From positions 76,136-140,135 of the forward strand of contig JAPLYL010000003.1 in assembly GCA_026395595.1 (NCBI GenBank): DNA of 64,000 bases. Direction: 5' to 3'. This DNA is from Candidatus Parcubacteria bacterium. GTDB taxonomy: Bacteria; Patescibacteriota; Minisyncoccia; Phycocordibacterales; CAIJYI01. Shown piece after piece: positions 35,869 to 45,002 of the stretch. Numbering within the stretch: position 1 is the stretch's first letter; the number at the start of each line of letters is the position of its first letter. The position numbers and the translations under genes are program-made. Under the pieces are notes generated by a model. That model was not told the origin of the DNA. It did no database searches and was given only the letters and a program-made list of their open reading frames with translations.

Positions 35869-36894
35869 ATGAAAAAAATAGTCACTATCGGAGGGGGGAC
35901 GGGGAGCTTTATGCTTCTTTCCGGACTCAAAAAATATCCTTTGGAAATAGGCGCCATTGTTTCTATGGCGGATAACGGCGGTTCCTCCGGTGTTTTGTGC
36001 GACGAACTGGGAGTTCTTCCTCCCGGCGACGTCCGCCAATGTTTGGTTGCGCTCTCTGATGCGTCCGACGATATGAGAGCTCTTATGAATTACCGTTTTA
36101 CGGAAGGAGGGCTTCGCGATCACAGTTTTGGAAACCTTTTTCTTTCTGCTTTGGAAAAAACACATAAAAATTTTCTGGAAGGAATTGATACGGCTATGGA
36201 AATTTTGAAAGTCAAAGGGCGGGTCATTCCCGTTACCGGAGACAAGGCGGAACTTCGCATGGAACTTTCTGACGGGACCTTCATTGAAGGAGAAGACAAT
36301 ATAGATCATGCTCAATTCCAAAAGACGGGAGTGAAAAAATTTCTTTTTGCTTCTCCTGTAAAAGCTAATCCTGTTGCTGTCGCCTCCATTTCCAATGCCG
36401 ATGTTATTGCTATCGGTCCGGGAGATATTTATGGAAGCATTCTCGCGAATTTGATTATTCCGGAAATTGCCGATGCAATACGCCGTTCTTCCGCTCCGAT
36501 AATTTACAACGTGAACCTGACGAATAAAAAAGGGCAGACGGAGGGGTTTGATGTTGATGACTATGTGAACGCGGTTGAGAGAGTCATAGGAAAAGGCCGG
36601 ATCAATTTTGTTTTGTATAACACGAAACAACCGGATCAGAAACTTCTCAAAAAATATGAAGAACAAGAAGGGGAGAACTTTTTGGTGGAATTTCATGCCG
36701 ATAAGAATCCAAAACGCGGGTATCGTCTCGTCCGCGGTGATTTTCTGAAGGAGGGAGAAATCAAACGGACAAAAGGAGATGCGCTCGCTTCTTCCCGTTC
36801 TTTTATTCGTCATGATTCCGAAAAACTTGCGAAAGCGGTTATGCTTGTTTCAGAACTGCCAGAATATGAGAGCATCATTTCCGATATTTTATAA
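35869..36894 (+). CDS. YvcK / CofD-family protein (UPF0052, gluconeogenesis factor-like).
   Basis: IVTIGGGTGSFMLLSGL ... VSMADNGGSSGVL ... DVRQCLVALS is the family signature. Confidence 0.8.
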   Translation: MKKIVTIGGGTGSFMLLSGLKKYPLEIGAIVSMADNGGSSGVLCDELGVLPPGDVRQCLVALSDASDDMRALMNYRFTEGGLRDHSFGNLFLSALEKTHKNFLEGIDTAMEILKVKGRVIPVTGDKAELRMELSDGTFIEGEDNIDHAQFQKTGVKKFLFASPVKANPVAVASISNADVIAIGPGDIYGSILANLIIPEIADAIRRSSAPIIYNVNLTNKKGQTEGFDVDDYVNAVERVIGKGRINFVLYNTKQPDQKLLKKYEEQEGENFLVEFHADKNPKRGYRLVRGDFLKEGEIKRTKGDALASSRSFIRHDSEKLAKAVMLVSELPEYESIISDIL

Positions 36895-37094
36895 GTTGAC
36901 TTTTTCCTCGGCCCCGTGTATCTTTCTTTCTAGTTGAACTTTTTATCCGCTAAAAGATACTATGAAATCTTTTAGCAATGTACAGAAAATCCGATCTTTG
37001 GAATTCCGAAGGTCGGATTTTTGCAATTTGGAATGTTTGTCAACAGAGAGATTTTGAGCTACTATTACTCTATTATTAGTTTATAAAAATAAAC

Positions 37095-37907
37095 ATGGAA
37101 ATACTTTTTAAAAATAAGAGGTTTGTAAATGTCATTATTATACTTCTTTTTTCAGCTTCTCTCTTTTTGCTCGGACTTTTTCTTAATGGAGTAAAACAGT
37201 ATTCTTTTATCGGGCGCGATATTCCGGCTTTGACCACGATTAGCGTTACAGGAGAAAGCGAAGTCTTCGTCAAGCCTGATGTGGTGGAACTTTCTTTTTC
37301 TGTAAGCAAAGACGCCAAGACGGTCGGTGAAGCGCAGAAAACTTCTACTGAAAAAACTAACGAAATCATTTCTTATTTGAAAGAAATGAAGATTGACGAT
37401 GCTGATATTAAAACAACGGATTACAGCGTATATCCGAAGTACGAATATCAAAGAGCTGTTTCTTGTCTTGGAATGATGAACGGTTATTGTCCGGATGGAA
37501 AGCAAATTCTCGTCGGTTATACGGTCAATCAAACCGTTGATATAAAAGTTCGCAAAATAGATGATGCCGGGAAAATTCTCGTTGCCATCGGAGACAAAGG
37601 GGCGACCAATGTAAGCGGACTTAATTTTACGATAGATAAGAAAAAAGAAGTTGAGGCTGACGCTCGCAATAAAGCGATACAAGATGCGCAGAAAAAAGCC
37701 GATGTTTTAGCAAAGAATCTCGGAGTGAAATTAACGCGCGTCATCAACTTCTCTGAAGGACAGGCACCGACTCCTTACTATGGAATGGGAGGAGGAATGA
37801 TGAAAACGGCAAGTTTTGCGATAGCAGAAGACACTCCGGCGCCATCCATTCCTGTCGGAGAAAATAAATTTACTTCCAACGTCACGATTACCTACGAAAT
37901 ACAATAG
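37095..37907 (+). CDS. SIMPL domain (DUF541) periplasmic protein.
   Basis: A signal peptide or TM is present. The SIMPL core is LNFTIDKKKEVEADARNKAIQDAQKKADVLAKNLG. Confidence 0.7.
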   Translation: MEILFKNKRFVNVIIILLFSASLFLLGLFLNGVKQYSFIGRDIPALTTISVTGESEVFVKPDVVELSFSVSKDAKTVGEAQKTSTEKTNEIISYLKEMKIDDADIKTTDYSVYPKYEYQRAVSCLGMMNGYCPDGKQILVGYTVNQTVDIKVRKIDDAGKILVAIGDKGATNVSGLNFTIDKKKEVEADARNKAIQDAQKKADVLAKNLGVKLTRVINFSEGQAPTPYYGMGGGMMKTASFAIAEDTPAPSIPVGENKFTSNVTITYEIQ

Positions 37908-37927
37908 TGTAAAGAAATTCGCAAGAG

Positions 37928-37962
37928 CCTATCTCTTATCAAGGAGATAGGCTCTTGTCGTA
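37928..37962 (+). terminator. Intrinsic terminator after the SIMPL gene.
   Basis: caagagcctatctcttatcaaggagataggctcttg is a perfect stem, followed by tcgtaaaaag. Confidence 0.6.
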
Positions 37963-38031
37963 AAAAGTAAAAAATGTATAATATCGCTACGCTTATAAGA
38001 TAAAGAGCCATGATCGGCTCCTTCAACACCT

Positions 38032-38343
38032 ATGTCCACAAAAACAAAGATCATACCGCTCGCCGACCGCGCGTTGGTCAAGGCGGGAAATCCGAATGAC
38101 GGGAAAAAGACTAAATTCGGCATTATTATCCCCGAAACGGTAGATAAAGAACGCCCTGAAACCGGCGAAGTTCTCGCGGTTGGAGAAGGAAAAACTCTGG
38201 AAAACGGAGAAGTTCTTCCAATGAAAGTCAAAGTGGGAGATGTCGTTCTTTTTTCAAAATACGGCCCTGACGAAGTTACCATTGAAGGCGAAAAATACTT
38301 TATCATCCGCGAAGATTCCATACTCGCCATTATAAAATCTTAA
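38032..38343 (+). CDS. groES: Co-chaperonin GroES.
   Basis: IIPLADRALVK ... GEVLAVGEG ... VKVGDVVLFSKYG matches GroES throughout. An extended -10 tgTATAATA lies at about 37976, followed by a 5' UTR hairpin gagccatgatcggctc. Confidence 0.9.
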   Translation: MSTKTKIIPLADRALVKAGNPNDGKKTKFGIIIPETVDKERPETGEVLAVGEGKTLENGEVLPMKVKVGDVVLFSKYGPDEVTIEGEKYFIIREDSILAIIKS

Positions 38344-38354
38344 ATAAATAATAT

Positions 38355-38441
38355 AAAAATAGTAAAATAGTAAAATAGAAAAATTAGCCAACGTTTTTGT
38401 TTTGAATTTTCTTATTTTTCTATTTTCTTATTTTTCTATTT
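38355..38441. repeat. AT-rich repeat block in the groES-groEL spacer. Tandem 8-mers (agtaaaat x2, agaaaaat) face a perfect 16-nt tandem duplication (tcttatttttctattt x2).
   Basis: The repeats were read directly. The two halves are partially reverse-complementary. Confidence 0.5.
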
Positions 38442-38448
38442 AAAAAAT

Positions 38449-40101
38449 ATGTCAAAGCAAATAATCTACGATGAAAAAGCTCGGGCTCTTTTAAAAGAAG
38501 GGGTTGATAAAGTGGCGAACGCGGTGAAGATCACTATTGGCCCTCGCGGTAAGAATGTTATTCTTGACCGAAGTTATGGATCTCCGATGATTACGAATGA
38601 TGGCGTTACTATCGCCAAAGAAATTTCTCTTTCCGATAAGGTGGAAAATATGGGAGCGGAAATGATCAAAGAGGTCGCTTCCAAAACGAATGAAGTGGCC
38701 GGCGATGGTACGACGACCGCGGTGGTTCTCGCACAAGCGATGATATCTGAAGGAATGAAGAAAACGACTATGGGAGTAAATGCCATGGGCGTTCGTTTGG
38801 GGATTGAAGCCGGAGCGGAAGCAATCGTCGCTGCGCTTAAAGCTATGGCGAAACCGATTAAGAATCATTCTGAAATAAAACAGGTCGCCACTATTTCCGC
38901 CGAGTCCGAAGAGATTGGAAAGATTATTGCCGATACTATTGATAAAGTCGGACAAGACGGCGTTGTGACCGTTGAAGAATCGCAGACAGTCGGCATTGAA
39001 TCCGAAGTGGTGAAAGGCCTGCAATTTGAAAAAGGGTACGTCTCTCCGTATCTCATTACGAATGCAGAAAGAATGGACGCGGAATATAGCGATGTAGCCG
39101 TTCTTCTTACTGACAAAAAAATATCTTCCATTAAAGAAATTCTTCCTTTGTTGGAAAAGTTGGCACAGACCGGAAAAAAAGATTTGGTCATTATCGCTGA
39201 CGATGTTGACGGCGAGGCGCTCTCAACTTTTATCGTCAACAAGCTTCGCGGAACCTTTAACATTCTTGCGGTGAAAGCGCCGGGATTCGGAGACAGAAAA
39301 AAAGAAACCTTGGCTGACATTGCCGTCGTTATTGGAGGAAAAGTTGTCTCCGAAGATGTTGGAATGAAATTGGAAACGGCTGAAATTACGGTTCTCGGAC
39401 ATGCGGGAAAAGTTATCGCCACAAAAGACCATACCACTATCGTCGGAGGAAAAGGGAAGAAGCAGGACATTGATTCTCGTATCGCTCAGATTCGCAAACA
39501 GATGGAAACGACTGATTCAAAATTTGATAAAGAAAAACTGACAGAAAGACTCGCGAAACTCGCTGGAGGCGTAGCGGTCATTAAGGTAGGGGCTGCGACG
39601 GAAACGGAAATGAAATATCTGAAATTAAAAATAGAGGATGCGGTCAATGCGACGAAAGCTGCTATTGAAGAAGGTGTTGTTCCGGGAGGCGGAGTGGCTC
39701 TGGTAAAGGCTGCAGAAAAATTGAGCGCAAAACCTGTGGTCGCACCGCTTAAGAATTTTGAAGCGGAATACAAGGTGGGTTGGGAAATCGTCATGAAGGC
39801 GGTGGAAGCTCCTCTTCGCCAGATCGCCATCAATGCCGGAAAAGACGGTTCCGTAATCGTTGAAAAAGTGCGAACCTCAAAAGGAAATGGCGGTTATGAT
39901 GCTAAGGCGGACGAAATGATCGCTGATATGCTTCTCGCCGGAATCATTGATCCGGTCAAAGTAACCAGAAGTGGATTACAGAACGCCGCGAGTGCCGCAG
40001 CTATTCTTCTTACTACGGAAGTTGCTATTACGGAAGAACCAAAAGAAGAAAAACAAATGGGAGGAGGAATGCCTGGGGGTATGGGTGGAATGGACTACTA
40101 A
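38449..40101 (+). CDS. groL: Chaperonin GroEL.
   Basis: The N-terminus is MSKQIIYDEKARALLKEGVDKVANAVKITIGPRGKNV. The C-terminus is the GGM tail (GGMPGGMGGMDY). Confidence 0.97.
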   Translation: MSKQIIYDEKARALLKEGVDKVANAVKITIGPRGKNVILDRSYGSPMITNDGVTIAKEISLSDKVENMGAEMIKEVASKTNEVAGDGTTTAVVLAQAMISEGMKKTTMGVNAMGVRLGIEAGAEAIVAALKAMAKPIKNHSEIKQVATISAESEEIGKIIADTIDKVGQDGVVTVEESQTVGIESEVVKGLQFEKGYVSPYLITNAERMDAEYSDVAVLLTDKKISSIKEILPLLEKLAQTGKKDLVIIADDVDGEALSTFIVNKLRGTFNILAVKAPGFGDRKKETLADIAVVIGGKVVSEDVGMKLETAEITVLGHAGKVIATKDHTTIVGGKGKKQDIDSRIAQIRKQMETTDSKFDKEKLTERLAKLAGGVAVIKVGAATETEMKYLKLKIEDAVNATKAAIEEGVVPGGGVALVKAAEKLSAKPVVAPLKNFEAEYKVGWEIVMKAVEAPLRQIAINAGKDGSVIVEKVRTSKGNGGYDAKADEMIADMLLAGIIDPVKVTRSGLQNAASAAAILLTTEVAITEEPKEEKQMGGGMPGGMGGMDY

Positions 40102-40123
40102 TAATAGAAAATGGATGCATAAA

Positions 40124-40160
40124 AAACGCTTGTCGGTTAACTCTGACAGGCGTTTTTTGG
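40124..40160 (+). terminator. Intrinsic terminator.
   Basis: aaaacgcttgtcggttaactctgacaggcgtttttt forms a hairpin followed by a T-run. Confidence 0.7.
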
Positions 40161-40270
40161 GATCATCCTATGTATTGTATTGACGCATCTAGTAGCATCT
40201 TGTACTATAAAGAAGGACTTGCTTCGGCAAAAAAGTACATTTTTAAGAATTTAGAGAGGAGTAAAACTTA

Positions 40271-40402
40271 TGGGATATATCGGAAAAGAAAAAATAATCG
40301 TATTGTCAGCCGCAATGTTTGGATTATTCACATTCGGGTGCATCGCATCTTCCATTATTGTCGCCGGGTACATTACCTATCGTCTCGTTCCTTACGTTTA
40401 GA
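40271..40402 (+). CDS. Small hydrophobic peptide of 43 aa (MGYIGKEKIIVLSAAMFGLFTFGCIASSIIVAGYITYRLVPYV).
   Basis: The SD GAGAGGAG lies 8 nt upstream. The terminator aaatcgccttggttacagagccaaggcgatttttt follows at 40428-40462. The track ORF 40170..40475 is in another frame and is not protein-like. Confidence 0.4.
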
Positions 40403-40550
40403 AAAGAAAGTTTTAAAGATTGTTTTAAATCGCCTTGGTTACAGAGCCAAGGCGATTTTTTGTAACTTTTTTTGAGTTTTCCTTTGCGAAAGAACTTTTT
40501 GTCTTATATAATGAAAAGAAATAGTTACCCACTAACTTCTTTTTTGTTCT

Positions 40551-41555
40551 ATGTCTCATGAAATTTTTCACAAACTTAAAAAAATTCTTGTCACCAGCGT
40601 TCTTTTAATTGTCGGCCTCTCTGTTTTTCTGATTATTTCCATTATTTTAATTTCTCTTTCGGGGAAGTCTGGCGGTAATAAAGCAAGTTTATCGACTGTC
40701 GCGTCGTATGGTATTGGACGCGGAAGCGGTTTCCTTGCTGAAGATTCGATGATGAAAAGAGAAGGAACGGTTTCCTCTCCGCTTGCTCCTGAAAATTCAC
40801 AGACGACGAGCGTCAGCTCTGGCAGTGATGTCAGTCCCATTATTGAAAGAAAGCTCATGCAAGATGGCAGTCTTTCTCTTGTCGTCAGGCAGGTAGAAGC
40901 GGCGGTTTCTTCTTTAACTAATGTCGCTCAAAATTTAGGAGGGCGCATAGATGATGTTCAGTATTCCAATGCAAAAGAATTTGGCAGGAAAAGAGCCGTA
41001 GTAACCCTTCGCGTTCCCTCAGTGAATTTTGACTCGGCAATGACCCAAGCGAAACAGATAGCGCTTGCCGTAGAATCGGAAAATATCTCTACACGCGATG
41101 TTACGGAACAATTCATTGATATGCAGGCGCGCCTGAAAAATTTGAAAGCCGAAGAGGAACAATATCAGCAGATTATGCAAAAAACGACCGACATTACTGA
41201 CACGTTGGAAGTTTCTCAATATCTGTTTGATACCCGTCAGCAGATAGAACAACTCCAAGGGCAGATGAATTATCTTTCCCGACAAGTTGATATGTCGGTC
41301 ATTACCATATCGCTTTCATCTGATCCTGATATTGATGCAGCGAATATCGTCTGGAATCCAATGACGACCGTTAAAGGAGCCGTTCAGTATTTTATTCGCG
41401 CGTTTTATTGGTTGATAGATGCGATTATCTGGGGGGTGCTTTCTTTCCTTCCTTTGGTTGTTGTCTTCGGAGGTATTGCTTTTCTTTTTGTCTGGATTTT
41501 TATCAAATTCCTCCGTCCTTGGTACCACAACATTAAAGATTTCTTCCATTTCTAA
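40551..41555 (+). CDS. DUF4349-like membrane protein.
   Basis: It has an N-terminal TM helix, a central coiled-coil region (QARLKNLKAEEEQYQQIMQK ...), and two C-terminal TM helices. Confidence 0.55.
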   Translation: MSHEIFHKLKKILVTSVLLIVGLSVFLIISIILISLSGKSGGNKASLSTVASYGIGRGSGFLAEDSMMKREGTVSSPLAPENSQTTSVSSGSDVSPIIERKLMQDGSLSLVVRQVEAAVSSLTNVAQNLGGRIDDVQYSNAKEFGRKRAVVTLRVPSVNFDSAMTQAKQIALAVESENISTRDVTEQFIDMQARLKNLKAEEEQYQQIMQKTTDITDTLEVSQYLFDTRQQIEQLQGQMNYLSRQVDMSVITISLSSDPDIDAANIVWNPMTTVKGAVQYFIRAFYWLIDAIIWGVLSFLPLVVVFGGIAFLFVWIFIKFLRPWYHNIKDFFHF

Positions 41556-41611
41556 ACTATTCTTTGTGTGGTATAGTACCACTGTAGGTTAACATTATAA
41601 AGAAAACATAT

Positions 41612-42184
41612 ATGATATATCAAACCGCAGGAATGATTCTTGCATCTATTATTATCGTCATTGCTTTGGTTGTACTTTTTGCTTACAACCGGTTCGTCAG
41701 GTTGATGATTAACGCCAAAGAAGCATGGGCGGATATTGATGTTCAATTAAAAAGGCGTTATGACCTAATTCCGAACTTGGTAAATACGGTCAAAGGATAT
41801 GCGACCCACGAAAGCGGAGTTTTTGAAAAAGTTACCGAAGCAAGAAGCAAAGCCATGCAGGCGGGAACTCCCGCAGAAAAAGGACAAGCGGAAGATATGC
41901 TTTCCGGCACCCTCAAATCGCTTTTTGCCATTTCAGAAGCGTATCCGGAACTGAAAGCGAATCAGAATTTTCTTGCTTTGCAAGGCGAACTTTCCGACAC
42001 GGAAAACAAAATTCAAGCCGCCCGAAGATTTTACAACGGCAATGTCCGCGACCTGAACACTGCCATTGAAATGTTCCCCGGAAATATCATCGCCGGCATG
42101 TTCTCAAAATTCGCCAAAATGGAATTCTTCCTGCTCGGAGAAGGAGAGCAATCAGCGAAACAGCCGGTAGAAGTAAAGTTTTAA
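41612..42184 (+). CDS. lemA: LemA family protein.
   Basis: An N-terminal TM helix is followed by the LemA core NRFVRLMINAKEAWADIDVQLKRRYDLIPNLV. Confidence 0.85.
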   Translation: MIYQTAGMILASIIIVIALVVLFAYNRFVRLMINAKEAWADIDVQLKRRYDLIPNLVNTVKGYATHESGVFEKVTEARSKAMQAGTPAEKGQAEDMLSGTLKSLFAISEAYPELKANQNFLALQGELSDTENKIQAARRFYNGNVRDLNTAIEMFPGNIIAGMFSKFAKMEFFLLGEGEQSAKQPVEVKF

Positions 42185-42200
42185 CTTAACATAAAAATTG

Positions 42201-42230
42201 CCGGCCATAAGGTCGGCAATTTTTTGTACT
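42201..42230 (+). terminator. Intrinsic terminator.
   Basis: attgccggccataaggtcggcaatttttt forms a hairpin followed by a T-run. Confidence 0.7.
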
Positions 42231-42264
42231 TTTCTTTTTTGTTTTTTCCGTATACCATATACCT

Positions 42265-43158
42265 ATGGCAACACTATATACTTTGCAAAGCACGAATACT
42301 CGTCGGACGTGGTATCTTATGACCACCTTCTTTATTGTGATTATGATGCTCGGTTGGGCGGTAAGCTGGTATTATGGAAGTTCTGCAATCCTGTATGGCT
42401 TTGTTTTCTTTAGCATATTCATGAACATTTTCAGTTATTGGTTTTCCGACAAAATAGTCCTCTCCATGTCCGGGGCGAAAGAAATAACTCGCAACGCGTA
42501 TTTTGACCTCTGGAACATTGTTGAAAATCTTTCTATTACCGCAGGACTTCCCATGCCGAAAGTCTATGTGATTGATGATCCGGCTCCGAACGCTTTTGCG
42601 ACGGGCCGCGATAAAGAACATTCCGCCGTGGCGGTAACAACAGGACTCCTCGGAATGATGGAACGAAGCGAACTGGAGGGGGTGATCGCTCATGAACTTT
42701 CTCACGTGGGGAATAAAGATATTCTTTTGCAAACCGTCGTTGTTATTCTTGTCGGTTTCGTTACTTTGCTGGCTGACTTTTTTATACGTTCCACTTTTTG
42801 GAGCGGGGGACGAGATCGTGATGATAGGGCGGGAGGTATTGCTTTGGTTATCGGTATTGTTTTGTCTATTTTGGCACCTCTTTTTGCTCAACTCATACAG
42901 CTCGCGATTTCCAGAAAAAGAGAATTTCTCGCCGATGCATCGGGGGCTCTTTTGACTCGTTATCCCGAAGGACTCGCCATGGCTCTGGAAAAAATATCCG
43001 GCTATAAAGGGGGAATGAAAACCGCCAACCGAGCGACCGCCCATATGTTCATCGCCAACCCCTTCGGCCCCGCCGGTTTCAAAGGAAAAGCCGCCACTCT
43101 CTTTATGACCCATCCGCCGGTGGAACAGAGGATTAAGGCCCTCCGAGACATGGCGTAA
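42265..43158 (+). CDS. htpX: Zinc metalloprotease HtpX (M48).
   Basis: N-terminal TM helices are followed by HEXXH (IAHELSHV) and a downstream Glu. It sits immediately after lemA, which is a common pairing. Confidence 0.9.
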   Translation: MATLYTLQSTNTRRTWYLMTTFFIVIMMLGWAVSWYYGSSAILYGFVFFSIFMNIFSYWFSDKIVLSMSGAKEITRNAYFDLWNIVENLSITAGLPMPKVYVIDDPAPNAFATGRDKEHSAVAVTTGLLGMMERSELEGVIAHELSHVGNKDILLQTVVVILVGFVTLLADFFIRSTFWSGGRDRDDRAGGIALVIGIVLSILAPLFAQLIQLAISRKREFLADASGALLTRYPEGLAMALEKISGYKGGMKTANRATAHMFIANPFGPAGFKGKAATLFMTHPPVEQRIKALRDMA

Positions 43159-43179
43159 TGTTTTTTCACTTAGCGGACA

Positions 43180-43241
43180 AAGGTCTTCCCTTAAGGAGGA
43201 ATGAAGCGAAGCGGAATGACGGGGAAAGGGGAGACCTTGGG
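43180..43241. repeat. Conserved hairpin element, copy 2. It is the same stem as 6539-6591 with an SD-containing loop, plus a 10-nt insertion cgaagcggaa.
   Basis: It aligns with copy 1 across aaggtcttcccttaaggagga.tgaag ... tgacggggaaaggggagaccttggg. Confidence 0.5.
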
Positions 43242-43329
43242 TAGCGGTACCCCCCCTGATTTCCCGTTCCAACCACACGTGCAAAAAATCTTTTTTTCTG
43301 ATATAGTGGGAACACAATTTAATAGAGCA

Positions 43330-43414
43330 GGAGGGTTCGCATAGTGGCCGAGTGCGCGCGCTTGGAAAGCGCGTAGGGGGCAACCTCTCATGAGTTCGAA
43401 TCTCATACCCTCCG
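43330..43414 (+). tRNA. tRNA-Ser with anticodon GGA (class II, long variable arm).
   Basis: The fold was built by hand. The acceptor GGAGGGT pairs with ACCCTCC. The D-arm is GCA-TAGTGGCCGAG-TGC. The anticodon stem is CGCGC/GCGCG with loop TTGGAAA. The variable arm TAGGGGGCAACCTCTC is long. The T-arm is ATGAG-TTCGAAT-CTCAT. The discriminator is G. Confidence 0.85.
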
Positions 43415-43508
43415 CAGATTTGGAACGCAGTGGAAAAGCTGCGGAGGGTATGAGATGAGAAGTTTATCCTCGGTAGCGAAGCGGACGGGGAAATCTCATA
43501 CCCTCCGC
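43413..43508. repeat. Left boundary of the tRNA-Ser-adjacent island. It holds a 27-nt core cgcagatttggaacgcagtggaaaagc, which recurs at 45925-45951. It also holds an inverted copy (43441-43456) and a direct copy (43493-43508) of the tRNA 3' end atctcataccctccgc.
   Basis: All copies were read directly. The inverted and direct copies can form a 16-bp stem that mimics the tRNA acceptor/T-arm. Confidence 0.6.
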
Positions 43509-43535
43509 CAAGAATATTTTGTATCGGATGACCCA

Positions 43536-44060
43536 AGTGTATTGAAGATGGAACATTCGAACTGGTTTTGGTATAATATTTATATGAAGGGATTTGAACA
43601 AGCACCAATAGAAAACTCGGACTCTACTATAGAGACAATAGATAACTCGCCCGAAAAGAAACATAGTGAAGAAGAAAATATGTGGGATATTCTGCAAGAT
43701 GTTATTGATAACAGGTTCGAGGTGTTCAATGTAGATACTATGGCAGACTACGACGCGGATTTTTCTGGAAGTGAACCTTTGTTTATAAACATTTGGAATA
43801 AAAAGCCGGGGTCCGGGTTAGGATATGTTGTTTTTCACGATTTCTTACGGAGAGTAGGAACAGGAAAGACTTTTTTGTCGACAGATTTTACAGGACCGGG
43901 GGTGAGTCTTTTTAAGAAAGCGTCCAATGCTGGATTAATCAAGCAAGTGTCAGAACCTACTGGTCTACAAAGACTTACCAAATGGGAGGTCACAGGAGAC
44001 CCTGTTGCTAACATGGAAAAGATGAGAGATTCTTGCAATAAGAATTCCTCTACTAAGTAA
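43536..44060 (+). CDS. Hypothetical protein. Its start was re-assigned to MEHSNWFW, because the track ORF from 43455 begins inside the att-like hairpin.
   Basis: It is an intact ORF with no recognised family. Confidence 0.4.
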   Translation, partial: SVLKMEHSNWFWYNIYMKGFEQAPIENSDSTIETIDNSPEKKHSEEENMWDILQDVIDNRFEVFNVDTMADYDADFSGSEPLFINIWNKKPGSGLGYVVFHDFLRRVGTGKTFLSTDFTGPGVSLFKKASNAGLIKQVSEPTGLQRLTKWEVTGDPVANMEKMRDSCNKNSSTK

Positions 44061-44082
44061 CAAATTTCTTCCTCTTGACCGT

Positions 44083-44190
44083 CCCGACCTGAGTGCCTTA
44101 ACTTCACTCGGGAAAATGATCTACAATACCTTTACAAGGTCTTGCCTCCTGGATACTTAACCCGAGTGGCCCGCTCGTAGTATTTTTTAT
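44083..44190. repeat. Island-2 repeat family R, copy 2.
   Basis: atacctttacaaggtcttgcctcctggatacttaacccgagtggcccgctcgtag is homologous to the copies at 44865-44935 and 45870-45951. An extra hairpin cctgagtg...cactcggg lies upstream. Confidence 0.55.
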
Positions 44191-44237
44191 CGGATCTGTG
44201 CCGCGAGGCTTGGTTTTGGAAAATTTTTAAATTCTAT

Positions 44238-44804
44238 ATGAAATTTTTACTAATCGATAACGGTACAAGCTATCTTTCGCAGCTCAAAAATCTTCTCTCA
44301 GGATACTCCTTTCAGGTTATCAAATATTTTGAGTTGTCATCAATCAATATTGATGATTTTGATGTGATTATCCTTTCTGGCGGACATCGTCTTCCAATAG
44401 AAGGGAATGAAGGCCTTTTTTGCGAGGAAATAACACTGGTGAAAAATTCCAAACAGCCTATCTTCGGCATTTGTTTCGGTTTTGAAATTATCGCGCATGC
44501 CTTTGGGGCAAAACTTGAGCGAATGCAAAACAAAGAGCACAACATTATTGATATTAAAATAAACGAACCCGATAGTATATTTTTGGATATCCTCAATTTC
44601 CAAGTTTTTGAAAACCATCGGTGGGTAGTGAGAGAGGTGCCCGAAAATTTGATGGTATTGGCAGTTTCTAAAGATGGCATTGAAGCAATAAAGCACAAGA
44701 CAAAACCCATATACGCTGTACAATTTCACCCGGAGATGTTTGTGGAAAAGACATGCGGGGACGAAATTTTTTGCAATTTTCTGCGTACCATAAAGAAGAT
44801 ATGA
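44238..44804 (+). CDS. Class I glutamine amidotransferase (stand-alone, GMP-synthase-like GATase domain).
   Basis: The nucleophile cysteine is in GICFGFE. The His/Glu pair is in VQFHPE. Confidence 0.7.
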   Translation: MKFLLIDNGTSYLSQLKNLLSGYSFQVIKYFELSSINIDDFDVIILSGGHRLPIEGNEGLFCEEITLVKNSKQPIFGICFGFEIIAHAFGAKLERMQNKEHNIIDIKINEPDSIFLDILNFQVFENHRWVVREVPENLMVLAVSKDGIEAIKHKTKPIYAVQFHPEMFVEKTCGDEIFCNFLRTIKKI

Positions 44805-44864
44805 GGATTGCCTCAATTTCATAAAAACAGACATACTCGGAGACCTCTGCGTACGTAGGAAAAA

Positions 44865-44935
44865 TATGCTAAAATACCCTTACAAGTTGTTGGACTCGCT
44901 AGTACTGAACCCGAGTGGCCCGCCTTAAGAAAAAA
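44865..44935. repeat. Island-2 repeat family R, copy 3.
   Basis: tatgctaaaatacccttacaagttgttggactcgctagtactgaacccgagtggcccgcc aligns along its full length with the 45870 copy. Confidence 0.55.
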
Positions 44936-45002
44936 ATATCGGCATGACCTGTAAACATTAAAATCCCATTTCGTGTAATCACGAAATGGGATTTCTGCTA
45001 AA

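Noticed and set aside
38355-38441. AT-rich tandem repeats between groES and groEL as a possible CRISPR array or CIRCE element.
   Set aside because: The units are 8-16 nt with no spacers and there are no cas genes. The CIRCE consensus TTAGCACTC-N9-GAGTGCTAA is absent both here and upstream of groES.
40170-40475. 101-aa ORF from the track after groEL.
   Set aside because: Its composition is Arg/Ile/Tyr-rich and not protein-like. A better-supported 43-aa ORF with an SD and a terminator lies in another frame at 40271-40402.
42274-43608. 444-aa minus-strand ORF from the track.
   Set aside because: It lies fully antisense to htpX, which has strong motifs, and it runs through tRNA-Ser. Its composition is not protein-like. 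It is spurious.
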